Of a DNA stretch of 64,000 nucleotides, positions 9,496 through 19,090 are shown in pieces. The DNA comes from Desulfatiglandales bacterium. GTDB lineage: Bacteria > Desulfobacterota > DSM-4660 > Desulfatiglandales > HGW-15. A program made the position numbers and the translations under genes. Numbering within the stretch: position 1 is the first letter of the stretch; the number at the start of each line of letters is the position of its first letter. Location of the stretch: contig CAXXJJ010000004.1 in assembly GCA_963667015.2 (NCBI GenBank), positions 192,001 through 256,000 of the forward strand. Direction: 5' to 3'. The notes beneath the pieces are model-generated. The model did no database searches. It saw only the letters and a program-made list of their open reading frames with translations, and was not told the origin of the DNA.

Positions 9496-12060
9496 CTATC
9501 CGCCAAAATGTGAGAGGGAATATAATCTCTTGATAAATTCGGATAGATTGTCATAATCCGCTTCCCTGTTTCCCGACTTCTCATCTTCAACCGGCAGAAG
9601 TATATTCTTGTTTATATAAGTAACTGCGTTTTGAAAATTCACACGTGAGATCGCGCTTATATGATCGATAATGCCTGATTTATAGTATTTTTTTCCCATG
9701 TTGATAGTCTGTTTGAGGAGGTTGTCGCCCTTCAGTTTTTCATCCCTGGACTGCATAATAACGTTTGCTGCAATCCAGTATGATTCGATAAATGTCCTTG
9801 CCAGTGAAGCACATGAAGATAATTTATCAAATCCGGATTTTGTAACAGAAAAACCTTCGGTTTCCGGGGTATATTTTAGAAAACCCTCTTCCTGGAAATA
9901 TCGGATTATCGAGGCGGTCTTTTCTCCGATATCCTTACCCTCTTCAAATAAAAACTCATTATTGAACGTCTCTCTCAGAAAAGTAAAAACAGACATGATC
10001 GTTTTCGGGTTATTCTCTTCCTCCGACCTGGCGAGCAGTGCTGTTGCAACAAAGGAATGGTCTATAAAAAAATGAATGATACTGTTTTTATAATATTCCA
10101 GTTCCAGCTTATTATCATCCTGAATAAAGTAAAAAATCTTCTCATCGCCTGAAGGTTCATCTATATGTTCAATAATATTCCATTCAGTTAAAAGCCCTAT
10201 TGAAACATCAATAGCCTTTTCTATATCTTCGAAATCATTGGAAAGAGGGGCTTCCGTCTTCCTTGCAAGCTTCAGGTAGAGTTCAACGGTCTCCCTTAGC
10301 TCCGATAAATAAAAACCCTTGCGATGTGATGTTAATATGGCCGTGCTTATAAGTGAGAGGGGAGTGATAAGAGTAACCCTGTTTATTGAATTGGCAACAT
10401 GAAAAGCCAGGTTTCTGTGCAGCTCACCGGAAGGGAGATTTTCTTCAGATGCCGTATATTCCCTGAGCGAAAAGGGCTTGTGGAAACGTATATATATTTT
10501 TCCATAGCTGCTTTTCAGGAAGCGCCTTGCCCGGATAACCTGTTTAAAATTTTCACTCTCCTTAATACCACCTCCCAGCTCGTTCCTGTATGATCTTTCT
10601 TCCAGTACTCTGTCATAAATCACTGATGTGGGCACAAATATGAGGTCATTGCAGTAGCCCTGTTCATAACCCTGCAGGATAATGGATAAAAAACCTGTTT
10701 TGGGCTGTACCAGTTTGCCGTTTCTGCTCCGCCCCCCTTCAATATAGAACTGGATTGGGTAACCATCCTGCAGAAGGGCCTTTACATACCGGGAAAAAAC
10801 CTCTGCGTAAAGCTTTGCCCCCTGAAAAGAACGCCTTATAAAAAAGGCCCCGGATTTCCTGAAGATATGCCCCATTGGCCAGAAGGCAAGATTCTGCCCT
10901 GCGGCAATCCTTGGTATATGCATGTTGTTGTAATAAAGGATGTAATTAAGTACCAGATAGTCAATATGGCTTTTATGTGAAGGAATATATATCAGCGGAC
11001 CTTTTCTTGCCCATTCTCTTATCTCGGCAAGTTCCGAAGGGATTGTATCAATCCCGTTAAAAATCTTTTTCCATAACCATGACAGGGCTATGCGAAAAAA
11101 CATTACATATGAGCTGTTATAATCAGCAGCGATTTCATCAAAATATTCTCCGGCCTTTTTTCTTTTTTCGGTTATTTTCTTAGGGGCACCGTCAGACATC
11201 TTGTCTATGAGTTTATTTATATTTCTGTCCTGCAGTACTATTTCCTTGAGCTGCTGGCGGGATTTCATTATGGGGCCCAGAATAATCCGTTTCTGGCTGT
11301 CGATCCTGCTGATCAGTTCTTCTTTCAGCTCAAGGGTTATCTGTTCCATTGGTTTTTCTTCAGCCTGTTCTTCAAGATAGATTTTAAGATTGATAGCCTC
11401 TGCAAAATCAATAAAGGTTGATCTTGAGTATCTGAAGAACAGGATTATCTTTCTGACTGTTCCAAGGTTATCTTTGAATCCGAAAAAGATATCCCGCAGT
11501 CTGAAACCTTCCTTTTCAGGCGACCGTTTAAATAGAATAAGCTGTGGTATTATAAAGATTGGAGTCTCTGTCTTTTTCTGCTGTTCAAGTATAAAATGCA
11601 GGTTGTTTATCTCGGATTTTAAAAAGGCCTTTGAAAATCCGGATGGATCGAGCAGGGTAACCAGTGAAGGTATCTTTCTTCTTAGAGAATTTTCATAGAA
11701 ACCTGAATTATAGGGCCCAGGGATCTTTCCATAGCGGAGATAAGCTGAAATACCGGAAAAAATGACCCTGAAAAATTCTCCCAGGGGAAGCACAAGCGAA
11801 AGATTGATTCCGAATGTTACCCTGGGGTAGGGGAGTCTCCGCATTCTCATTGCAAAGTGATAGAGCAGAAAATCAAGGATTCCGCTGTATTTTATTGCAT
11901 ATACAATTGTTCCCTCTCTCTGCATTTTTTTAAGAGGGCCCTTTATGCTTTCATCCAGTTTTACCTTTTTAAAAAGGCGGTAGAAAAACCATCCCAGAAA
12001 GAAAACCGGTTTGTAATCAAAAAAATATGGAAAGCTCAATTTTTTTCTTTTTTTATTCAT
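9496..12060 (-). CDS. plsB: Glycerol-3-phosphate O-acyltransferase
   Basis: HKSHIDY (HxxxxD), GAFFIRR, FYIEGGRSRNGK acyltransferase blocks; 854 aa. Confidence 0.9.
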   Translation of the reverse strand: MNKKRKKLSFPYFFDYKPVFFLGWFFYRLFKKVKLDESIKGPLKKMQREGTIVYAIKYSGILDFLLYHFAMRMRRLPYPRVTFGINLSLVLPLGEFFRVIFSGISAYLRYGKIPGPYNSGFYENSLRRKIPSLVTLLDPSGFSKAFLKSEINNLHFILEQQKKTETPIFIIPQLILFKRSPEKEGFRLRDIFFGFKDNLGTVRKIILFFRYSRSTFIDFAEAINLKIYLEEQAEEKPMEQITLELKEELISRIDSQKRIILGPIMKSRQQLKEIVLQDRNINKLIDKMSDGAPKKITEKRKKAGEYFDEIAADYNSSYVMFFRIALSWLWKKIFNGIDTIPSELAEIREWARKGPLIYIPSHKSHIDYLVLNYILYYNNMHIPRIAAGQNLAFWPMGHIFRKSGAFFIRRSFQGAKLYAEVFSRYVKALLQDGYPIQFYIEGGRSRNGKLVQPKTGFLSIILQGYEQGYCNDLIFVPTSVIYDRVLEERSYRNELGGGIKESENFKQVIRARRFLKSSYGKIYIRFHKPFSLREYTASEENLPSGELHRNLAFHVANSINRVTLITPLSLISTAILTSHRKGFYLSELRETVELYLKLARKTEAPLSNDFEDIEKAIDVSIGLLTEWNIIEHIDEPSGDEKIFYFIQDDNKLELEYYKNSIIHFFIDHSFVATALLARSEEENNPKTIMSVFTFLRETFNNEFLFEEGKDIGEKTASIIRYFQEEGFLKYTPETEGFSVTKSGFDKLSSCASLARTFIESYWIAANVIMQSRDEKLKGDNLLKQTINMGKKYYKSGIIDHISAISRVNFQNAVTYINKNILLPVEDEKSGNREADYDNLSEFIKRLYSLSHFGG

Positions 12061-12185
12061 CGCCCGGTATCATATCCCCTATAAACAGGATTAATTCGCT
12101 ATAATTAAAGTTATATTGACAAACATATGAGTATGTACAAGAATATAATTAACCTGAAAACAAAATAATTTCAAGGGAGACAAGA

Positions 12186-12686
12186 ATGTTAAAACCAATG
12201 ACCATATCTAAACTGACAATGGATCCAATAACGAACAGTCCTATTGTTATCCTGAAAGAGGTCGATGGTGATAAAACCCTTCCAATCTGGATAGGTCTTA
12301 TGGAAGCAACCGCTATTGCAAGCAAGATGGAAAAGATAGATTTTGACAGGCCGATGACTCATGATCTATTAAAAAATATACTCGAAATGGTTGACGTAAA
12401 GGTTGATAAAATTGAGATCTGTGATCTGAAAAATAATGTATATTATGCGCTTATCCACATCTTCCACAACGGGAATGAGATTCAGATTGATGCAAGACCA
12501 AGCGATGCCCTGGCATTATCATTGAGAGTAAATGCCCCTGTATTTGTTGCAGAGGAAGTAATCGACAAATCAAAACATATTGACCTCATGAGTGCCGAGC
12601 CGGAAGTAAAGACTGAAGAGGGTAAAAAATGGCAGGAAATACTGGAAAATCTCAATCCTGAAGATTTCGGCAAATACAAGATGTAA
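12186..12686 (+). CDS. Bifunctional nuclease family protein (DUF151)
   Basis: LPIWIG, RPMTHDL, DARPSDALALS motifs. Confidence 0.9.
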   Translation: MLKPMTISKLTMDPITNSPIVILKEVDGDKTLPIWIGLMEATAIASKMEKIDFDRPMTHDLLKNILEMVDVKVDKIEICDLKNNVYYALIHIFHNGNEIQIDARPSDALALSLRVNAPVFVAEEVIDKSKHIDLMSAEPEVKTEEGKKWQEILENLNPEDFGKYKM

Positions 12687-12690
12687 AATA

Positions 12691-13347
12691 ATGATAGACC
12701 TTCACACACACTCCATATTCAGTGACGGCGTACTGATACCTGCAGAACTGGTAAGACGATATGAATCATACGGCTATGATGCTGTTGCAATTACCGATCA
12801 TGCTGATCAGTCCAATATCGATTTCATTATCCCGAGGATAATCAGGATAGCTGAAATTCTTAACAGTGCACAGTCTGTCACAGTGGTTCCGGGGATTGAG
12901 ATCACACATGTTCCTCCCTCCCTTATTCCTGATACGGTTAAACAGGCAAGGGATCTTGGAGCCGGGATAGTTGTTCTTCACGGCGAAACAATAGCAGAGC
13001 CGGTCGCCCCGGGGACAAATATGGCAGGGATTGAATCCGGCGTAGATATCCTTGCCCATCCGGGTCTTATAACCCCTGAAGAAGCAAAACTTGCTGCAGA
13101 AAACGGTGTATATATCGAGATAACTGCAAGAGCCGGACACAGCCTTACAAACGGACATGTGGCAAAAATTGCCCAATCAGCCGGTGCCGGTATGGTGCTA
13201 AATTCCGATTGCCATGAACCGGGGAATATTTTAACAGAGGTTTTTGCCCGAAAGGTTGTAACAGGAGCCGGACTCCCCGATAATTCACTGTCTGCATTTT
13301 TATCCAATTCACGCAGCTTAATTAAAAAAGCCGGGTACACAGTATAA
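12691..13347 (+). CDS. PHP-domain phosphoesterase (histidinol-phosphatase-like)
   Basis: DLHTHS..SDG, ITDH, LAHPG, NSDCH. Confidence 0.88.
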   Translation: MIDLHTHSIFSDGVLIPAELVRRYESYGYDAVAITDHADQSNIDFIIPRIIRIAEILNSAQSVTVVPGIEITHVPPSLIPDTVKQARDLGAGIVVLHGETIAEPVAPGTNMAGIESGVDILAHPGLITPEEAKLAAENGVYIEITARAGHSLTNGHVAKIAQSAGAGMVLNSDCHEPGNILTEVFARKVVTGAGLPDNSLSAFLSNSRSLIKKAGYTV

Positions 13348-13419
13348 TATTTTTTTCCTGCCCCGCTTTGAATCAGCGATATTCTTATACCTTAATTAAT
13401 CCATGGGAACTTTTCACAG

Positions 13420-14925
13420 ATGAAGCTTGGTATTAAAAAAAGACAGATCTTCAATATTTCAGGAGTATTAATCATTGCCTTCTGGATTGCAATGCTGTCT
13501 CTGCTTGTAAAAAAGCAGTATCTCCCTCAGGACTCATTGCCGGGTATAGAAGAAAGTCAGACCGAACCTGGAAAGGCAAGGCAGACATGGAAAGAGATAT
13601 TCCTTAAGGGTAAAAAGGTTGGATATTCGATAAACACCATAAATCAATTTGAAAAGGATTACTATATCCAGGACGAGTTGTATTTAAAACTGAACCTTAT
13701 GGGTTTTGAAAAGGGATTATATACAATTACTCAATCCAGTGTGGACAGCAACTTCAGGTTGAAAAATTTCTACTTCAAGATAAATTCAGGTGTCATCAAT
13801 TACAGTATTTTCGGTAAGGTCGAGGGAAATACCTTAAAGATTAAGAACGGAACCGGCAGACAGGCAAAGACAACAGAACTGAAACTTACAGAAATCCCCA
13901 TGATAAGCAGCGGTATTGACCAGCTGTTCAGAAAGATCACGCTTACCCCGGGTGACAGCCACAGATTGTCATTCTTTGATCCCTCAACAATGACCCAGAA
14001 AGAGGCTATCTTTAATGTAAGGGCCAGGGAGAAAATCAGGATAAATTACATGGAGTATGATACTTGGCGGGTTGAGAGCGAGATGTGGGGAAATAAACTG
14101 ACCTTCTGGGTGGATATGAACGGTGGGGACATACTTAAGGAAGAAGGCTTTATGGGTCTTACCATGGTTAAATCAAGCGCCGCAAATGCCCCTGCGAATC
14201 TTGAAGAGGGTTCCGATGACTTCTACGAGATTACTTCTGTTGAAATGGACAAAAAACTGCCAAGGGCAGACAGGATTACCAGGCTCAAGATTAAACTGGA
14301 GGGTATTGAAGATACAGACTTTGACCGGTCAGGCTTAAGCAGTGACAGACAGGAATTCAGCGATAACGTAGTTACTGTGACCAGGGAAAGGGAACCTTTC
14401 CGGCTTGAATATAATGTTCCATATTCAGGAGATGATGTTGAAATAAAAAAATATCTCGCACCTGAATTCAATATCCAGAGTGATGATATAGAAATAATTG
14501 AAAAGGCAAAAGAGATCGCCGGAAAAGCAAGGACGCCTGTTGATGTATCAAAAAAGATGACACAATGGGTTTACTCAAACCTTTCAAAGCAGCCTGTAGT
14601 GAGTATCCCCAGCGCCCTGGAGGTCCTGCATTCAAAGACCGGTGACTGTAATGAACATGCGACCCTGCTTACTGCATTACTGAGAGCTGCAGGCGTACCT
14701 GCAAGGATATCGGTCGGACTGGTATATCTGAGAGAAAGGTTTTTTTATCATGCATGGGTGGAGGCATATACCGGACAGTGGATTACAATGGACCCCACCC
14801 TTAATCAGATGCCTGCCGATGCTACACATATAACTCTTTTAAGGGGTAATATCGATAAACAGGTTGAGATCATGGCGCTTATCGGGAAACTGAAAATTGA
14901 GGTGGTGGACTTTGAATATTATTGA
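13420..14925 (+). CDS. Membrane-anchored transglutaminase-like domain protein
   Basis: N-terminal TM; catalytic triad motifs GDCNEHA, YHAWVE, MDPT. Confidence 0.88.
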   Translation: MKLGIKKRQIFNISGVLIIAFWIAMLSLLVKKQYLPQDSLPGIEESQTEPGKARQTWKEIFLKGKKVGYSINTINQFEKDYYIQDELYLKLNLMGFEKGLYTITQSSVDSNFRLKNFYFKINSGVINYSIFGKVEGNTLKIKNGTGRQAKTTELKLTEIPMISSGIDQLFRKITLTPGDSHRLSFFDPSTMTQKEAIFNVRAREKIRINYMEYDTWRVESEMWGNKLTFWVDMNGGDILKEEGFMGLTMVKSSAANAPANLEEGSDDFYEITSVEMDKKLPRADRITRLKIKLEGIEDTDFDRSGLSSDRQEFSDNVVTVTREREPFRLEYNVPYSGDDVEIKKYLAPEFNIQSDDIEIIEKAKEIAGKARTPVDVSKKMTQWVYSNLSKQPVVSIPSALEVLHSKTGDCNEHATLLTALLRAAGVPARISVGLVYLRERFFYHAWVEAYTGQWITMDPTLNQMPADATHITLLRGNIDKQVEIMALIGKLKIEVVDFEYY

Positions 14926-15673
14926 ACTCGTTGAACTTACCAAATTGTACAAAGGGTTAAGGGCAGTAGACAATATAAGCCTGCAGGTAAAAAAGGGTAT
15001 AGTTTTCGGCTTCCTTGGCCCCAACGGAGCCGGAAAAACAACCACTCTCAAGATGATGGCCGGTATCCTCAAGCCTACCAGTGGAAAAGTAGTCATAGAC
15101 GGTATGGACCTCACAATGAACCCTGAGGGTGTAAAAAGAATATGCGGGTTTATACCTGACAGGCCTTATATCTACGAAAAACTTACAGGGCATGAATTTC
15201 TTCGATTTACCGGAGGGCTCTATGGTCTTAATCATGATACCCTGGATAACAGAATAACTGAGCTCCTGGAGTTGTTTGAATTGAGCCACTGGTCTGATGA
15301 GCTTGTAGAGAGCTATTCCCACGGAATGAAACAGAGACTTGTGATGTGTTCATCCCTGATACATGATCCCAAGGTAATTATTGTTGATGAACCAATGGTG
15401 GGCCTGGATCCTAAAGGAGCAAGACTTGTGAAGGATATTTTCAGGAACGAGGCAAAAAAAGGGAAAACGGTTTTTGTCTCAACCCACTCACTGGATATAG
15501 CCCAGGAAATATGCAGCGAGATAGCCATAATTCAGACCGGTAGAATAATTGCTACAGGAAGCGCCGGAGATCTTAAAAAACAGGCGGGTATAGACGGAAA
15601 TCTTGAGAACGTATTTTTAAAATTAACAGAGGGGCCGATGCTGGCACATGAAAAATCTCTTTCTACTTCTTAG
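14912..15673 (+). CDS. ABC transporter ATP-binding protein
   Basis: GPNGAGKTT, YSHGMKQR, VDEP; TTG at 14912 follows SD GAGGTGG. Confidence 0.92.
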   Translation: MNIIELVELTKLYKGLRAVDNISLQVKKGIVFGFLGPNGAGKTTTLKMMAGILKPTSGKVVIDGMDLTMNPEGVKRICGFIPDRPYIYEKLTGHEFLRFTGGLYGLNHDTLDNRITELLELFELSHWSDELVESYSHGMKQRLVMCSSLIHDPKVIIVDEPMVGLDPKGARLVKDIFRNEAKKGKTVFVSTHSLDIAQEICSEIAIIQTGRIIATGSAGDLKKQAGIDGNLENVFLKLTEGPMLAHEKSLSTS

Positions 15674-17339
15674 CCCCAGAATCCTGGCTTTTAAAAACAG
15701 CCTTAAAGGATCAAACACCGGTGTAAGGAAAAAGGCCTTAATCATGGCGTTTGTAGGCCTGGGTTTCTGGGCGCTCATGTTTATTTTTTCCTCCCGGGTC
15801 CTTAATTATTTCAGGTCAACCGAAATAATAGGGGATATACTGGCCCATAGCCTGCTTTCAATGGTCTTTTTAACATTTTTCAGCCTTCTTATTTTCAGCA
15901 ACATCATCACGTCGTTATCCAATCTATACCTTTCCGCTGATCTTGAGCTCTGCCATTCTTCCCCGGCCTGTCTTGAAGAGGTATTCATAAGCAGGGCAGC
16001 CTTTACAGTGCTTGACAGTTCCTGGATGGTGATAATCTTCGGACTGCCCATCATGATGGCATACGGATGGGTGTTTGAACCCGGTTTAAATTTTTATTTT
16101 AATCTCATGCACCTGGGGCTGGCCCTTTCAATAATTGCCTCAGGAATAGGCATCCTTATTACCGTGATTATGGTAAGCATCTTTCCTGCCCAGAAGACAA
16201 GGGATATTATTATGCTTTTCATGATCTTTGTCATAATAGGTCTCTATATAATGTTCAGGATATTAAGGCCCGAGAGACTGGTAGATCCGGATGCATTTTT
16301 CAGTATCATGCAGTATGTAAGTGTGCTCCAGGCCCCTGACCATCCTTTTCTGCCCACACACTGGATTACCGAAGTCCTGTGGGCCAATATCAGGGACAGT
16401 GAGGGTAATAACGTCTTTAATATTCTTTTATTATGGAGCTCTGCAGGCGCCCTTGTGGTTATCAATGTCTGGCTGGCAGGATTTGTTTATTTTTCGGGAT
16501 TTTCAAAATCCCAGGAGGCGAAAAGGAGACGGGCAGGGAAGGGGATACTTGATACTGTTGTAAGGCTGATAAGAAAACCTGTTGGTGATGATCTGGCGTC
16601 CATTCTCGAAAAAGACCTGAGAAATTTTTTCAGGGATAATACCCAGTGGTCACAGCTTCTTCTTCTTGCGGCGCTTGTAGTTGTATATCTGTATAATTTC
16701 AGCGTACTGCCCCTCGAAAGAAGCGCCATGAGGCTTGATTTTTTGCAGAATACCATAGCCTTTTTAAATCTTGGACTGGCGACTTTTGTGCTCGCATCTG
16801 TATCAGTCCGGTTCATATTTCCTGCCGTAAGCGCAGAGGGGAAATCATTCTGGATTATACAGTCATCACCCATAACTATTAAAAGATTCCTGCTGGGTAA
16901 ATATCTCATTTATATAATGCCCATGCTTATTCTTGGTGAAGTGCTCATAATAATGACAAACCGGCTGCTGGATGTTTCATCTTTTATGATGATTCTTTCA
17001 GCTTCCACCATGTTTTTTGCCGTATTTGCCCTTGTCTCCCTTGGTATCGGTATGGGTGCAATGTACCCTAAATTCAGGTTTGAAAATATTGCACAGGTTG
17101 CAACCGGTTTTGGCGGACTGATCTATATGATGATGAGCGCCCTTTATATGGCGGTCATTATTATCCTGGAGTCCGGGCCGGTTTATATTATTTTTATGGC
17201 AAATCTCAGGCACAGGGCATTAACCTGGGGGCAATGGATGATGATAACAGTCGCCTTTATTCTTGTGATTGCAATTACTGCATTTACGATCTATAAACCT
17301 ATGAAAATGGGAATGGATGCCCTTACAAAGTACGAATAA
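15648..17339 (+). CDS. Putative ABC exporter permease (duplicated ABC-2-type)
   Basis: Many hydrophobic helices; EKDLRNFFRD and AVSAEGKSFW motifs; overlaps the ATPase gene. Confidence 0.8.
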   Translation: MKNLFLLLSPRILAFKNSLKGSNTGVRKKALIMAFVGLGFWALMFIFSSRVLNYFRSTEIIGDILAHSLLSMVFLTFFSLLIFSNIITSLSNLYLSADLELCHSSPACLEEVFISRAAFTVLDSSWMVIIFGLPIMMAYGWVFEPGLNFYFNLMHLGLALSIIASGIGILITVIMVSIFPAQKTRDIIMLFMIFVIIGLYIMFRILRPERLVDPDAFFSIMQYVSVLQAPDHPFLPTHWITEVLWANIRDSEGNNVFNILLLWSSAGALVVINVWLAGFVYFSGFSKSQEAKRRRAGKGILDTVVRLIRKPVGDDLASILEKDLRNFFRDNTQWSQLLLLAALVVVYLYNFSVLPLERSAMRLDFLQNTIAFLNLGLATFVLASVSVRFIFPAVSAEGKSFWIIQSSPITIKRFLLGKYLIYIMPMLILGEVLIIMTNRLLDVSSFMMILSASTMFFAVFALVSLGIGMGAMYPKFRFENIAQVATGFGGLIYMMMSALYMAVIIILESGPVYIIFMANLRHRALTWGQWMMITVAFILVIAITAFTIYKPMKMGMDALTKYE

Positions 17340-17358
17340 AATCCGGAGCTGAACCTAA

Positions 17359-18414
17359 ATGTTTAATCACGAGTATGTTGGAAATATTCACATACATTCC
17401 TACCATTCCGATGGGAAGGGCAGTTATGCTGAGATAGCCGGCAAGGCAGTTAAGCAGGGCATTGATTTTATATGTTTTAATGATCATAGTTATATGCATA
17501 AACATTTCAGCCTGGATGAAGAGGGCCTATATGACAAGCTTACCCTCATCATCGGTGCGGAGATAGGTGAAAAGGACCATCACTACCTTGCCTATAATCT
17601 TACCGAACTTCCTGATTGCGAGAATGCATCACCCCAGGAGATGATCGACAGGGTCAATGAAAAGGGTGGGTTCGGGTTTATGGCTCATCCCTTTGAAAAG
17701 GGTATGCCTTTTATGGAAAAATCCGTCACCTACCGATGGACCGATCTGTCTGTAACCGGTTTTACAGGTATATGCATATGGAATTTTTCATCCAGGTGGA
17801 AAGAAAATATTAAGACATTTTTTCACGGTCTCTTTCACCTTGTTTTCAAGAAGCAGGGGCTCAAGGGGCCAAGCAGAGAAACCCTGTCGTTCTGGGACAG
17901 GCTCTGCCAGGAGAGAAAGGTCGTTGCAGTAGGAGGGTCGGATGCCCACGGAACAACCTTCAAACTTGGGTTTATCAAGGCAACCGTGCTGTCATATGAT
18001 TTTCTCTTAAACTCCATTAATATCCATGTATTCCTCAACAAAAAGATATTCAAGGATTTCAAGGCAGCTAAAAACGATATATTCGAGGCCATGAAGGCAG
18101 GACGCCTCTTTATAGCAAATGACAGGCTGTGCAATGCAAGGGGTTTCAAGTTCTGCTATCTGTCGGATGATGGTTCGGATCTACTCATGGGTGAAGAGGA
18201 AAACTTCAGCGGCCCGGGTAACCTTATGGTAGAGCTCCCGTCCAGGGGCGAAATAAGGCTGATAAAGAATGGCGAAACTGTTACCACATTCAGGGGAATG
18301 GATGCGGTTTATCCTGTAAGTGAAAAGGGGGTATACAGGGTAGAGGTATACAAGCATGTGCCCATGTTCGGATGGCGGCCCTGGATATTTACAAACCCGA
18401 TCTATTTAAGATAA
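17359..18414 (+). CDS. PHP-like metallohydrolase (CehA/McbA-like)
   Basis: HIHSYHSDG, NDH, AHP, GGSDAH, C-terminal YRVEV..WIFTNPIY. Confidence 0.8.
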   Translation: MFNHEYVGNIHIHSYHSDGKGSYAEIAGKAVKQGIDFICFNDHSYMHKHFSLDEEGLYDKLTLIIGAEIGEKDHHYLAYNLTELPDCENASPQEMIDRVNEKGGFGFMAHPFEKGMPFMEKSVTYRWTDLSVTGFTGICIWNFSSRWKENIKTFFHGLFHLVFKKQGLKGPSRETLSFWDRLCQERKVVAVGGSDAHGTTFKLGFIKATVLSYDFLLNSINIHVFLNKKIFKDFKAAKNDIFEAMKAGRLFIANDRLCNARGFKFCYLSDDGSDLLMGEEENFSGPGNLMVELPSRGEIRLIKNGETVTTFRGMDAVYPVSEKGVYRVEVYKHVPMFGWRPWIFTNPIYLR

Positions 18415-18498
18415 GGCAAAAAAAACAAGTTTTTGGATGAATACAGATAATATAGCTTGACATAAATCTGTCATGTTATTAAAAAGCCATAATTAACT

Positions 18499-18586
18499 GC
18501 CTGGGTGGCGGAATTGGTAGACGCAAGGGACTTAAAATCCCTCGGGGAATTTCCCCGTACGAGTTCGATTCTCGTCCTAGGCACCA
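18499..18586 (+). tRNA. tRNA-Leu (anticodon UAA)
   Basis: GCCTGGG/CCTAGGC acceptor stem, D-arm GGCGGAATTGGTAGACGC, anticodon arm AGGGA-CTTAAAA-TCCCT, long variable arm, TTCGA, encoded CCA. Confidence 0.97.
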
Positions 18587-18595
18587 GAAATAACA

Positions 18596-18631
18596 AGGGT
18601 TTCAGCAATTTTGTTGAAGCCCTTTTTCTTT
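18596..18631 (+). terminator. Rho-independent terminator-like hairpin after tRNA-Leu
   Basis: AAGGGTTTCAGCAA-TT-TTGTTGAAGCCCTT followed by a T run. Confidence 0.7.
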
Positions 18632-19090
18632 GCGTTGGATGGTACTGTAATTATTAGGTAAACTCTTATAGAAACTCTAAGAGGCTTATCAGTAAAGGCT
18701 CTTACTTTGGGTGGCATGGATGTGCTTAGGGTACCATCGGAGAGCCTCGAATCCGGCACCAAGTTACTCAGGATGCCTCGCCTTACGCTTTAACTGAATA
18801 GAGTAATTGCCCCTGAAAACAGTGTGGCTGAATTAGAAAGCCTAAAGAGTGGTTGAGGTCGTAGAACGACTTTGAAGGCTTCTCCTGAAGTTTGGCTCTG
18901 AGTTTATTAAGTTATTTATTCGCATAATATAAAGTATAGAGAAAGGTCAAATAGAGTTGAAATAGTGGTTTAAAAATGTAATATCAAAGTAGAGTTTGAC
19001 TTTAACGTAACAGCGCCATTTGATAGATATTACAGAAATGACTTAATGTGATAACTTTAAACATTTCCTTTTTGAAGAGAAACTACAAAC

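Noticed and set aside
18660..18850. AAACTCT(T/A)A repeats and a CCTAAAG resembling T7 terminal short repeats
   Set aside because: Too few and too short to be significant in AT-rich DNA.
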